From Monocercomonoides exilis PA203 (Eukaryota > Protista > Preaxostyla), in the NCBI GenBank assembly GCA_001643675.2, contig LSRY02000001.1, positions 186,001-250,000 on the forward strand: 64,000 nucleotides of DNA, written 5' to 3'. The notes beneath the pieces were generated by a model. That model made no database searches and was not told where the DNA came from. It saw nothing but the letters and a program-made list of their open reading frames with translations. The position numbers and the translations under genes are program-made. Position 1 is the stretch's first letter; every line of letters begins with the position of its first letter. Shown piece by piece: positions 50,857 through 61,700 of the stretch.

Positions 50857-52275
50857 ATGACACAAGATCCTGTTAGAATGGAAACCAGTGACAGCGAGGA
50901 CAGAGGATTTGATCTTGCAATTAGACTTTCAAGAGTAGAAAATTTGATTGAGGAAATGGCGAGAAGCCGAGCAGTTCCGAGCCGCTCGGGAGCAGTAGGA
51001 ATATTACCAATGAGAAAGACGAAGAGGGAACGACCAAGAGGAAGATCTCTATCGAGATCAAGCGAATCTGAGTCCGAATCTGATGACACAGAGATGATTG
51101 CAAAGAAAAGACACAGACAGCGATTGAGGGGCAGTCACGGACGTAACCAGATGAAGAAATGGGACGATGTAGAAACAAGCGAGAGCGACTCCGAAAACTC
51201 AGAAAAGCGGGAAGAAGAGCAAGATAGATCCGAAGATTTCTTGGGAATTTTCCCAGACGAATGGTTAACGCCTAGGAGACAAGCAGGAGAACTGAAGAGA
51301 TTCATGGACTTTTGCAAAGCCGGATCTATCAGAATAAATGATGATATCCTGAACACCTTTATCCCGGAGACGGAGAAGAACTTTTTTACAAGACACACTG
51401 ACATCAGTTGGAACGCCTTAGCAGTGACGGGGGTTACTGCTGAGGGAAGAAAAGACTCTCCAGAAGCCGCTCGGGTTATCGAGCTGCTTCAGCCCGCCCT
51501 GGAATCGGGGTTTGAAGCCGCGAAGGCGATTGCAGCCCTCACTACAAGAGAATTGAAAAAGACGCGCCTAGAGGAAGAAGGGAAAGAGCGACTGAGGGGG
51601 CTCTTTTGCGCGTACGCCCTTATAGCAGACTGTATTAGCCGGATTAATCTATTAGAAGTTATTCCCCAGTCATACTGGGAGAATGTGAAGTGTTTTCTGG
51701 ACGGGGGAATGTCCAAGGACATCCCAGAGAGTTTTAGGAGATTAGTGGATAGCACCAGCTTTTTTCGTCCAGGGGGGGATGCTTCAGGGTACGGAGCATC
51801 CCCCGTTTCTTCCACAACCTTCGGACCCGCCCCAGTCAGGGGCTTGCGCCCAGGAAAGTACAGCACAGGCAGAAACGCTCAAGGTTTTGCCTACAGACAA
51901 TTCCAGAAGCAAGGTTTCGAAGGGAGCTTCTCAAATTTCAAACAGAGAAGGAGGTCAACACAAGCTCGACCACAACAGGCCCCAGCAACAGCTGGGAGAG
52001 CGCCCTTGTTCATAGTACCCCTTCCTCCAGCTCCCCGAGGATACAGGGAGAATCAGCAGCAGGAACAGCTTCTGGAACGAGCCAGTGGGCGTGAAGAGAG
52101 CCGCGCTTTGCCGCGAGATAGAGAGAGAAGAGAGAGCCGCGCTTTGCCGCGAGATAGAGAGAGAAGAGAGAGCCGCGCTTTGCCGCGAGATAGAGAGAGA
52201 AGAGAGCCGCGCTTCGCCGCGAGACAGAGAGAGAAGAGAGAGCCGCGCTTCGCCGCGAGACAGGAACGGACATGA
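50857..52275 (+). CDS. DIRS gag-like ORF
   Basis: First ORF after the left terminus; helical core and an R/S-rich C-terminus; assigned by position. Confidence 0.7.
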   Translation: MTQDPVRMETSDSEDRGFDLAIRLSRVENLIEEMARSRAVPSRSGAVGILPMRKTKRERPRGRSLSRSSESESESDDTEMIAKKRHRQRLRGSHGRNQMKKWDDVETSESDSENSEKREEEQDRSEDFLGIFPDEWLTPRRQAGELKRFMDFCKAGSIRINDDILNTFIPETEKNFFTRHTDISWNALAVTGVTAEGRKDSPEAARVIELLQPALESGFEAAKAIAALTTRELKKTRLEEEGKERLRGLFCAYALIADCISRINLLEVIPQSYWENVKCFLDGGMSKDIPESFRRLVDSTSFFRPGGDASGYGASPVSSTTFGPAPVRGLRPGKYSTGRNAQGFAYRQFQKQGFEGSFSNFKQRRRSTQARPQQAPATAGRAPLFIVPLPPAPRGYRENQQQEQLLERASGREESRALPRDRERRESRALPRDRERRESRALPRDRERREPRFAARQREKREPRFAARQERT

Positions 52276-55200
52276 TGCTGTCAGAGCTCAAGGGAATGAC
52301 AGTACTACGGGAGGTCCCAATCGATCGACAGACGATCACAGGGGAGGAACCCTTGGAAGTCTGCGAGAGCAACGAAGGGGCACTGAGCCCTTCCGACCGA
52401 AAGAAGAGGATAGAGATAGAAAGCTCGATAGATCGCGAGATGGGAACAGGGAGAGTAAACACAGAGGAAGACTCCGTATATCCCCACGGGACAGTACAGA
52501 TGAACGATCAGGAACCCGAGAGGGAGGTAGTGAAGAGAGCCTTGAGAGCTTCTGGGACTGTTATCGAGTCCCTAATTGGGAGCGTCCTGGAGGAGAGCTG
52601 GAAGATAGCTGCGGCAGATACTCTCGAAGGGAAAGAGACCGCACAGATCCAGACTGGTCAAAAGACACCAGAAGTGGGGAGTTGCGTAGCAGTGGGACCA
52701 CCGAAGGAGCCACTTCCTGGGAGACTAGTGAACAGGCTGAACGAGTGGAGGAAGATTGGGGGAGACAAACTAGTGAGCCGTGGTATAAAAGCCCGATGGA
52801 AAGATCCCCAATCCCCAATCTCACTCGAGGAGAAAAAACACAGACAAGAGTTTCGGGGAACAACAGAGATGACAAACAATTATTTATCCCTCTTAGAGGA
52901 GGAATTGAAAGAAGGAGTGGTGAAACCCATACAGGAGTCGGAGGTAAAGTGGTTCAACCCGACATTTATGGTCCGGAAGAAGAACGGAAAGTGGAGGAAG
53001 ATTCTGGATTGCAGAATTTTAAACGAGGAAGTGCTAGGGAAACACTTCAAGATGGATTCCCAGGAGACAGTTGTGGAACTCCTGGAGGAGAACGATTGGA
53101 TGACTACGCTCGACATATCAAGTGCTTATCAACATGTCAAAGTGGACGAGCAGTTCAGTCCCTTTCTGTGCTTCAGCTTCCAAAAGCAATGCTACACTTA
53201 CGTGGGGATGCCATTTGGAGCAAAGGACGCGCCCAGAGTATTCACGAAGATAATGAGACGGGCAGCGTCATATATCAGAGAACATTGGAAGGTAAAGCTG
53301 GTGATATATCTGGACGACATCCTCCTCATGCACCCAGACAGGGTTGCATTGAGATCGATCTCACAGGAGATAGCCCAGTTCCTGAGAAATATGGGCTGGA
53401 TACTGTCGGAGGAGAAGCTGAATTTGGAACCCGCAAGGAGCGTGGAGTTTTTGGGATGGAGTTGGAATTCAGAGAAGATGGAAGTGACGCTCCAAGAGAG
53501 GAAGAGAGTGCTGCTCCTGGAGGATGTGCGAAAGTGGATAGCACATGCAAAGAAGAGGAGGAGACAAAAGACGAAGGACCTAGCAGCCCTCCTCGGGAGG
53601 CTGAATTTTGTGAGGTTACAACACCCACCAGCGAGCCTGTGGATGAAACGCATGCAATACGTACTGAGGCATGCAATAGCCCGCGGAGGCTGGAATGGAA
53701 AGGTGATACCCAACCCAATGATGTTAGGAGAACTAACACATTGGAGGAAAACTCTGCGAGAGAACAGACCAAGGAGTCTGAAGAGAAGGAACAGACCAGC
53801 AGAGCTAACAACGGACGCTTCAGAGCTGGGATGGGGTGCAGTATTGACAATACCAACAGAGAACAAAGAGGAGAAGATATATGTCCACGGGAGTTGGACC
53901 CTCCAGGAGAGCGCATAAGCGATAAACGAGAAGGAGTCCAGAGCAGTGTTGAGGACTTTGGAAAGGAAAGGAGCATGGCTGAAAGAACAGAAGATAGATC
54001 ATATTCGTCTGAAGACAGACAACATGTCCACGAGATGGACAATCCAGAAGAAAAGGGGAGCGCCATCGCTCATCCCAACACTGAGAGCATTGGAGAAGAA
54101 ACTGAACAGCCTGGACTTGACAATACAGACGGAACATCTCCCGGGAGAGCAGAACACGGAAGCAGATGCACTCAGCCGGATGGCGAAGAAGCCGGACTAT
54201 GCACTGAAGGGGGAGAAAGTCGCAGAGATATTACAGACAATCGCACCGAGAACACTAGATACAATTTCAGAACAGATTGCGCCGGTGCCCTGCGGAAGTA
54301 CTTGGAGACTATCCTCCATGAGAAGGAAGAGAGAGAAAAGAACAGCAGAAGACGACATAGTCCTAGTCCACCCGTTCCTGAGAAACATTGGACGGAACCT
54401 GAAAGAGAAGATGAACGAAGCTCAGAGGAATCTGACGATTCTGATTCTGCCAGCCTGGCGGGGGCAGACCTGGACCCCGCTACTGCAGCCTGGGCATTTG
54501 ACAAAGACCCTGGGGACCTTTCAGGAGTGCATGATACCAGGAATGAAGATGAGAAGGGAAGGCTGGAAATTACCCCCAGGAGAGGAAATAAGCGTTATAC
54601 TGGAGAAGAGAATATTCAGGGGAGAGACCTCTTCTTAACATGGGGAGAACACGTTGGAGCAAAAGACATAGCAGCAGCAATACTTAGAAATCAGAAGAGT
54701 GAGAGAGATACGTGGAGAGCGCTGAGAAGATTCAAGCAATTTCTAGATAGAGAGAGTATGGATGACACTGACCCCCTCACAACGAAAGATGCAAAATGGA
54801 TTATGGCAGAGTTCATCGAAACACTCTCGAATACAAACCTCTCAAGTGGAGTGATAAATCAGACAGTACGGAAGGTGCTGGATTCTATTAACCTCTTCAG
54901 AAAGACTAAGGTTGACGTGAAAGACATAGAGATATTTCTTAAAACCTATGTGGGGGAGAAACCAAGAAGAGGCAATCGATACAAATCGATGTGGGACTTG
55001 ACAATCATCACGAAATGGGCAGAAGCCACTCACGATATGAAAGACCCACAGACCCTCCAGAGGAGGGCTCTCATTTTAACTATGATATTTGGTGCGTTAA
55101 GACCAGCAGAGCTGGAGAGGATGAGAAGAGGGACAACGATATTTAAAGAGAATCTAGTCCAGACACAAGTACAAACAAAGACATCAGGGGGAGAGACTGT

Positions 55201-55990
55201 TAAGGTTATTATAAATAAGCATCCAAACCCACGTATCGATGCGGTTGTAGCGCTCCAACGCTGGATGGATTATACAAAGACAACCCTTAGAGACGAACAT
55301 GTTTGGTTCGATATCAGAGAGAGGCAACCTGCAAATTTGCAGAGGATTAAGGAAGAACTAGTGGCTGTCCTGAGAGAGAACGGAATACCCGACACATTTA
55401 CCGCGTACTCGATAAGACACGCTGTGATAACGCACTTAGCAAGACAACAAGCTGCAGATTGGAAAGCAATCAATGCGTACGCGAGATGGGCGCCAGGCTC
55501 TAGAGTAGCCCAGGAGTATTACACCGTGTTACCAGTTCAGGACACGAGATGGATCCTGGAGACAATCGGTGGCCCAGTACCCCTGGCAGAGAAGGGAGGA
55601 AAGTCGGAGAAGGACAGCAAAGGAAAAGAAATTTCAAATGAGAATACAGAATCTGAAACTAAGGAATTACCTAAAGAAACATCACAATCCGGGGGAGAAG
55701 CGGAGACGAGCGAGAGAAAGAATTCGAAGAGACGAGGGCCGACTCGAGAGAAGAGTTCGCATCATGAGGACGATATAACACAACCCACCAGGGGTGATGA
55801 GACACCGTCCATAATTCCCCGCAGCATCATGGAGCTGGCGGAGGGCAGACAACCTGCCTTGCAGAAGAAACTCGAGACCGATCGGAGGAAACGCGGAGAG
55901 AGAAGCATAGGACAAATTATTATGCCCGCTCAAGTACGGAAGACCCGATCGAGAACCCCCCGAAAACAGCGCAAGAGGGGGAGGGAGTAG
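52085..55990 (+). CDS. DIRS tyrosine recombinase ORF overlapping the RT in another frame (YR domain about 54640-55560)
   Basis: ALRPAEL (R), TKTS (K), TAYSIRH, ARW...QEYY (catalytic Y). Confidence 0.85.
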   Translation: MGVKRAALCREIEREERAALCREIEREERAALCREIEREESRASPRDRERRESRASPRDRNGHDAVRAQGNDSTTGGPNRSTDDHRGGTLGSLREQRRGTEPFRPKEEDRDRKLDRSRDGNRESKHRGRLRISPRDSTDERSGTREGGSEESLESFWDCYRVPNWERPGGELEDSCGRYSRRERDRTDPDWSKDTRSGELRSSGTTEGATSWETSEQAERVEEDWGRQTSEPWYKSPMERSPIPNLTRGEKTQTRVSGNNRDDKQLFIPLRGGIERRSGETHTGVGGKVVQPDIYGPEEERKVEEDSGLQNFKRGSARETLQDGFPGDSCGTPGGERLDDYARHIKCLSTCQSGRAVQSLSVLQLPKAMLHLRGDAIWSKGRAQSIHEDNETGSVIYQRTLEGKAGDISGRHPPHAPRQGCIEIDLTGDSPVPEKYGLDTVGGEAEFGTRKERGVFGMELEFREDGSDAPREEESAAPGGCAKVDSTCKEEEETKDEGPSSPPREAEFCEVTTPTSEPVDETHAIRTEACNSPRRLEWKGDTQPNDVRRTNTLEENSAREQTKESEEKEQTSRANNGRFRAGMGCSIDNTNREQRGEDICPRELDPPGERISDKREGVQSSVEDFGKERSMAERTEDRSYSSEDRQHVHEMDNPEEKGSAIAHPNTESIGEETEQPGLDNTDGTSPGRAEHGSRCTQPDGEEAGLCTEGGESRRDITDNRTENTRYNFRTDCAGALRKYLETILHEKEEREKNSRRRHSPSPPVPEKHWTEPEREDERSSEESDDSDSASLAGADLDPATAAWAFDKDPGDLSGVHDTRNEDEKGRLEITPRRGNKRYTGEENIQGRDLFLTWGEHVGAKDIAAAILRNQKSERDTWRALRRFKQFLDRESMDDTDPLTTKDAKWIMAEFIETLSNTNLSSGVINQTVRKVLDSINLFRKTKVDVKDIEIFLKTYVGEKPRRGNRYKSMWDLTIITKWAEATHDMKDPQTLQRRALILTMIFGALRPAELERMRRGTTIFKENLVQTQVQTKTSGGETVKVIINKHPNPRIDAVVALQRWMDYTKTTLRDEHVWFDIRERQPANLQRIKEELVAVLRENGIPDTFTAYSIRHAVITHLARQQAADWKAINAYARWAPGSRVAQEYYTVLPVQDTRWILETIGGPVPLAEKGGKSEKDSKGKEISNENTESETKELPKETSQSGGEAETSERKNSKRRGPTREKSSHHEDDITQPTRGDETPSIIPRSIMELAEGRQPALQKKLETDRRKRGERSIGQIIMPAQVRKTRSRTPRKQRKRGRE
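52101..52263 (+). repeat. 36-bp tandem repeat, about 4.6 units; unit 3 is 34 bp
   Basis: Units start at 52101, 52137, 52173, 52207 and 52243. Confidence 0.9.
52272..54638 (+). pseudogene. DIRS reverse transcriptase-RNase H-methyltransferase-like ORF with an in-frame TAA at 53916-53918
   Basis: WRKILDCR, LDISSAY, GMPFG, YLDD, FLG; RNase H TTDAS..GWG, (*)AINEKE, TDN, HLPG..N.EADALSR; MT-like LVHP..LILPAW.GQTW. Confidence 0.9.
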
Positions 55991-56098
55991 GAATAGAGGC
56001 CGCACCTTCATCCGCAGTCCCTCTGTTCATCCGCCGCACGACAAAGTGCTAGGCAAGAGGGTTTAAGATCAGAGGAGAGAAGAGAACGAGGGTTTTCA

Positions 56099-56197
56099 AA
56101 ACTCATTATTGAGGAGCAAACCTGCTCCTTGCGTTCGGATATTCGCTCTATTGCGAATTGATAGAACGCAGTGAGACAGGTTTTGCTCCGAAATAAT
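56099..56197 (+). repeat. DIRS internal complementary region (ICR)
   Basis: 56099-56158 is the reverse complement of the left terminus; 56157-56197 is the reverse complement of the right terminus (56828-56868). Confidence 0.92.
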
Positions 56198-56799
56198 ACT
56201 AACGCGGATGGAGAGACTCAGAGCGGCTGGGTGCGAGATGAGAGAGAAACACAGGGTGAAGAATAGGACGAGAAAAAAGTGGCGAGATAGCAGAGGAGAT
56301 AGAAAGAGATAATCCGTCCAGAGATATCAAGTGCACCTAGAACCTGTTTAAAGAAACATGGAAACAAATAAAAAGTTCAAGCATGATCCTACTCCATTAC
56401 AAGATTAGTATTGTTTTTACAGAGAAGAATTGAATATTAAATATGCAGTGTGTGATGATTGGGGTTGCTCTGCTGATGCAGCAGAAGAGCGGGAGGCAGA
56501 GCATAATACACGCAGTTTTCTTTTCCACGCCTCGCGAAAGCGAGAGTGGTTTTTCTTTCTGCTCCGAACAGAACACTCGCCTCACCGGATCCCTGCACAG
56601 CCTGCAGGTGAGAGCTCCGAGGGGTATGCCCCCTGCCCTCTGGTCTTCGAGACCATGGCAAAAGGCGAAGTCGGTGGTGAAGTGAAGCGGACAATGCATT
56701 ATTTTATTTTATTATTATTATTAATTTTTAATGCTATTGTTTTGTTTTTTCATCTCGCCCTTTTTTCCACGTCATTTGGGAGGGCGAAGTTTTTCACTC

Positions 56800-56868
56800 A
56801 AACCACCCATAATTTAAGATCAAACTCATTATTTCGGAGCAAAACCTGTCTCACTGCGTTCTATCAAT
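56800..56868 (-). repeat. DIRS right terminal repeat
   Basis: AAACCACCCATAATTTAAGATCAAACTCATTATT is inverted relative to the left end; the outer part matches the ICR. Confidence 0.85.
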
Positions 56869-56948
56869 AAATTCTTGTTTTATCCAAAGCACATTAAAGA
56901 TCGAAGAAAGATTTTTTCGAAAAATAAACAAAAATTTCAAATCTGTTA

Positions 56949-57112
56949 AAAACAAGAAAATGTTATGGGATTGATCAAAAGAAAAATGGAAAATTGTTAA
57001 AAACACTTTTTCGACAAAAATAACTTATTTTAAATAAATTAATATTCCATTTTGTTTCATTAAAAATATATAAAAATTATTTTATCGATGGTCCATATAC
57101 TTGTAACTTGCC
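56949..57112 (-). repeat. Right TIR (164 bp) of the candidate Merlin element
   Basis: Ends ...GTCCATATACTTGTAACTTGCC; matches 45082-45245. Confidence 0.9.
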
Positions 57113-58750
57113 AACTTTCAATCTTTAAAAAATCAAAACCCCGAAAAAAGATATGATATCAAAAATAATCACCCATATATTTACAGCCATGTGATTATAT
57201 GTGACGGAAAATGATGGAAAACTAAATCAAAAATGTCAGTGCATCGAAAAATGTAACATTGAAAGAATGCGATTATATTCTACGTGATTATTTCCAGTTT
57301 TGACTGTTTTTGTTATAATATCTCAAAAATTGCTTAAACAAGTATTACTCTTTATTTGTTTTCAGCTTTCACCGATTTGTTTATTATCTCCCTTTGGAAT
57401 GAAAAAATGCATTATGCGCATGCTTTTTCGAAGAAAACAAATCTACCAAAAATGAACTTATAATGCCACTGTCTAACCTGATGTGATCCTAATGCCACAA
57501 CATACAAAATTCGATGGATAAAAAGCAAAATTTTGAATTGGCAACACAATAGTTTTCTCTTCAAACTTTTTTTTTCTCCAATAATTTCTGAATGATTCAT
57601 AAACTTATTGAAGAAGAAGAGAAATGGAAAATGAATGGGTAAATTTGACTGAATGCAACATTGTATGTCTTCCACTAGCCTGTATCTCCATATATAGCAT
57701 TCTTGCTTCTCTTCTTCTACCACAAATGCGAAAAGTCATAACCATCCATCTCTGTCATATTGCAATGTGAATAATCACGATTCTGACAAGGAAAATAATG
57801 AGAAAGATGACATACCTCGTATCATTTGCGATGATATGAATCAAATGCATATGCAACAACGATAACAACAATATCTTTTTTGTTTCGCTTTGTTCTCTTC
57901 CTTTTCCACCTGTTCTTATTTGCTGCTTCTTTTCCCTTCACTTTTTCAATCTCATTCTATATTTAATTCAAAAAGTCGTGATTTTTGTCATTTATCTCTT
58001 TCAAAATGAAGAAGTGTAAAGAATATGTGGAATAGTAGCAAAAACATGTTGTATTCAAATGAAACAATAAATAACAATGGAAATGATAAAGATAAGCAGA
58101 TTCTATTCCAAACACACAAAGCAAGAGAATCAAAAGAATACAAAACACAAAAAGATATAAGAGAGATTAAAATGGATATATCAATACAATTATCATCATC
58201 ATCTTTTTCTTATTCTTTATCTTCTTTCACTCCATCACCACTCTTTATTTCATCTTTATATTTTTTTGGAAATATATTAATCTAATGTTATATTCTTTTT
58301 AATATTCAGTATCAACATTCTAATATGATCAACTGTTTTTAAAGAATAGTGAAGGACTATTTCAAAAATGAAACAATAACACAAGTTCTCGATCTTGTTC
58401 ACAATTTGACCTACTTGAATATTCCAAAATATACACAAATTATATCCTAATATATTTATCGAGACTGATAACAGCCTCAACGATGAAAATAGTGTATGGC
58501 ATTGCGCCAGAAAATGTAATATATAATAAAACTAGAAAATAAAAAAAGCAAAAGAAAAGATAACTAAAGAAGGAAAAATTGAAAATATTGCTCATTTGGT
58601 GACAACAAACAAGCATATCAATAAAAATACAAAACATCAGCTTAACTGGTTTAACTTATGAATAAAATCAAAATAGAAAAAACAATAAGCATGTAACTTT
58701 TCTTTGTCAATATGCATCAACAACAATTATTGATTTCACTCCTCCATTTT

Positions 58751-61700
58751 TTAGTTGCTCCGAGACCTTTTCTTCCTGACAACAACAATTGCAATAATCA
58801 CAACAACCACCACAATCACCACAACCACAATAGGAACAACAATAGCAACCACAGTTCCCGCATTTGACTTCTTCCTTTCTGGTTCTGGCTCATCTTTCGG
58901 TTCTTTGTGCTTCAGGTATTTCTCATACACATCTTCAAGATCACCGCCTTCTTCTTTTGCCCCCACAACCCATCCTTTGTTGTTATCGTTGTAATCCTTT
59001 GCAAACTCAAAGGAGTCTTTCTGTTGGCTGAACTTATCAAAGTCTGGAGCAATGATGCACAGTGATGCCACCGATGAATCTTTCCCTTTGTTGTCACCTA
59101 ACTCAAGTTTGCCTTCACCCGGAAGTTTCAAATTACCAACCGCATCTTTCACTTCAATGAGAATAGCTCCTGCCTTTCCACTTGCTGCTTCGCACGATTT
59201 GAATGAACATTTCTTTTCTCTTCCCATTTCCACTTTTGAACCATTATCAGCCATCTTGATCATAACACCTGCAGACAATCCCTTCGATGATTTCACTTCA
59301 TTCATGGTCAACCCTTCTATTTTAACAGTCGAAGCTTTATCAGCGGCGTCTAGAATGTTGATTACTGCTCCATCTGTCACACTCACTTTGTTGATCTCAA
59401 CTGTATCAAATTTGACTGAAGAGGATTCGCTAATAACAAACAACGATTCTTGGAATTTCACTTCATTATTGCCCTTGCATTCAACTCCACTCATTGTAAG
59501 TTCTCCTTCTGTCACTTTTACAAGATGGATTATGGCGATTTCTTCATCATTACTGGGTGCATCTGGTTCTGGTCTCACAAATTTGCAGTTCACAATACTC
59601 AGCTCAGCACCTGCACCACCTGCAACAATCAATGAATGTGGATCGGCATTTGATTCCTTTGTCTTATCCAATGACAATGGGAAAATGAAGGAAATTCCTC
59701 TGAACTCAACTTCACTCTTGCATGTGAACAAATGACTGTCTGATTCAACATTGCAATCGATCTCCACTTCTGTTTCTGATTCTTCTTCATTAGCTTTGGT
59801 TACGCCCACGATCGTTATCAATGAAAATTTCTCAAGTGTAACAGCTGCAGCTTGGTGTGCATTTTCTGTTTTGATGATGTTGATCTTGAACTTTTCTCCT
59901 CCAACACCCTCTCCAAGCAAATTGTATGCTGAATTCAGCTTTTTCTTTGGCTTTTCATAGCTCAATCCATCATTGCTATCATTGTCTGCTGTAGCACTCA
60001 CATACACATTTGTATTAGGATCAAAATACACTTCTGTGAAATCAACTTCAGTGTTATCTTCTGCTCCTTTTGCAATAACATTGTTTTTATTCATTCCTTT
60101 CTTGTATCCAGATGCAAAGCTTTGCTTCATCGCTATTGCCATATCTCTGTGAAGGCTGACTGGCACATCCAAATATAATCCTGTGTTCTTTTCAGCATTA
60201 GAAATTGTATCTGCCTCTTCAACCTTGCAACTTGTGAAAACCAAATTATCTCCTGTTTCTGGCCATGTCAGTTCATCTGCTTTGGTTATTGCTGTCATTT
60301 CCAGACATATTGCTCCTGATTTCCCTTTTGAACATGTGCAATTTTCAAATGTTGTTTTACCAGTGTTTCCAATAGAGAATGTACTTTCTGCATGTTCGCT
60401 CTTCACATAAAGTGCTCCACATGTTTCTGTTGTTGCATCTTCCGATTTGCATTCTGTGAATGAGCATGCGTCCAATTTCACTGAAATAGCTGTGTCTGTT
60501 TTGCCAACAATTTTCATAACAGCACTATCTTTTGATGTAATCTTCTTCAGATTCAATGATGTTAATGAAACATCTGTCACTGCTGTTGTTGTTCCATCAG
60601 CCAAAAATGGTGTTTCTGAAAATTTCACTTCGTTCTCCGAAGTGCATTCGACATTATTCATTGTCAATGTTCCTGCACTCACTTTCACAAGATGAAATTT
60701 TATTTCTTCCTCTGTATTTGAAAGCATCCCATCTGAATGAGCAGCTGGTGTTGTTTGCTTAAAATCACAAGTGTCAATTTCAATAGATGTTGATTCTGAA
60801 TCAGCGTGAATCAAAGCATATGGTCCTTCATTTCCTTCAGATTGATCTGTTACTTGTCCAGGTGTTGATTTGAAATCGAATATCAAATTCTTGAATGTCA
60901 CTGTCTTTTGACAGGTGAATAAATCCTTTTCAGATACATTGCTACAATCAATCTCAACTTTAGTCTCAGCTTCGTTTGCATTTTCCTCTGCTTCTACCAC
61001 TCCTTCTATCGTTATTCCTGTCTCTTTTGAGAATGTAATAGCTTCCCCTGTAACTGCTTGGCCAGATTCGTTTTTCATAATTTTAATGGAAAATTCTCCA
61101 GATCCTTTTGAATCTGCAAATAATTCATAAGCTTTTTTTATTGTTTTAAATGGTTTTGTTTTTGTTCCATCTGCTGTGTCATCATTTCCTCCACTTTGAA
61201 CATATGCCTCATGTGGATCAAAATATACTGCAGTAAAATCAATATCATCATTGTTTGTTCCCTTAGCTGCAACAAACCAGTCATTTGTTCCTTCCACATA
61301 ATTTTTAGCGAATTTCTTTTTCATCTTTTCGGCAATTTCCTTGAACTTGTCATCAGGCACTTCCAAATACAAAAATGTCTGTTTATCTGAACCAGCTTTG
61401 CACCCTCTAACTGTCAATTTATCTTCCTCAGACCATATCAGTTTTTCTGCACTATCAATTTTTGTCATCTTCAGATATATCCCACCTGATTTCCCATTGG
61501 CACATTCACATGATTTAAATGTTGTTGTTGCATTTGAAATTCGTGAACTTTCTGAAATATTAAATTTGCTATCTGATTGATCACTTTCAACATACAATGC
61601 TCCACTTGTGGCATTAGTTCCATTTTCTGTTGATATGCAATTGGCAAATGTACACCCATGGACATTGACTTCAATCTTCTCACTATCATTTCCCACAATC

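Larger units (their letters stand above)
50718..56868 (+). mobile_element. Full-length DIRS-type tyrosine-recombinase retrotransposon (about 6.15 kb)
   Basis: Non-identical inverted termini, an internal complementary region, and gag, RT/RNase H/MT-like and YR coding regions in overlapping frames. Confidence 0.92.
45082..57112 (+). mobile_element. Candidate composite Merlin (IS1595/ISXO2-type) DNA transposon bounded by 164-bp TIRs, with cargo and nested DIRS
   Basis: 45082-45245 is the reverse complement of 56949-57112 (GGCAAGTTACAAGTATATGGACCATCG...). The transposase lies just inside the left TIR. No target-site duplication was found. Confidence 0.6.

Noticed and set aside
52101-52263. 36-bp repeats as a CRISPR array
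   Set aside because: Head-to-tail with no spacers, inside coding sequence, eukaryotic context.
15345-53918. TAA/TAG reassigned to Gln (as in some oxymonads) to explain the in-frame stops at 15345, 45892, 52013 and 53916
   Set aside because: ORFs of 1200-2400 codons contain no TAR, and PFO ends at TAA at the expected position. Three of the four stops are in decaying transposons.
56461-56500. Hammerhead ribozyme at CTGATGC
   Set aside because: The core needs CUGANGA plus a correctly placed GAAA; this is a simple hairpin.
57400-57830. Minus-strand remnant resembling surface-protein sequence (MDGYDF..AIYG)
   Set aside because: Short, multiple stops, too weak to call without a search.
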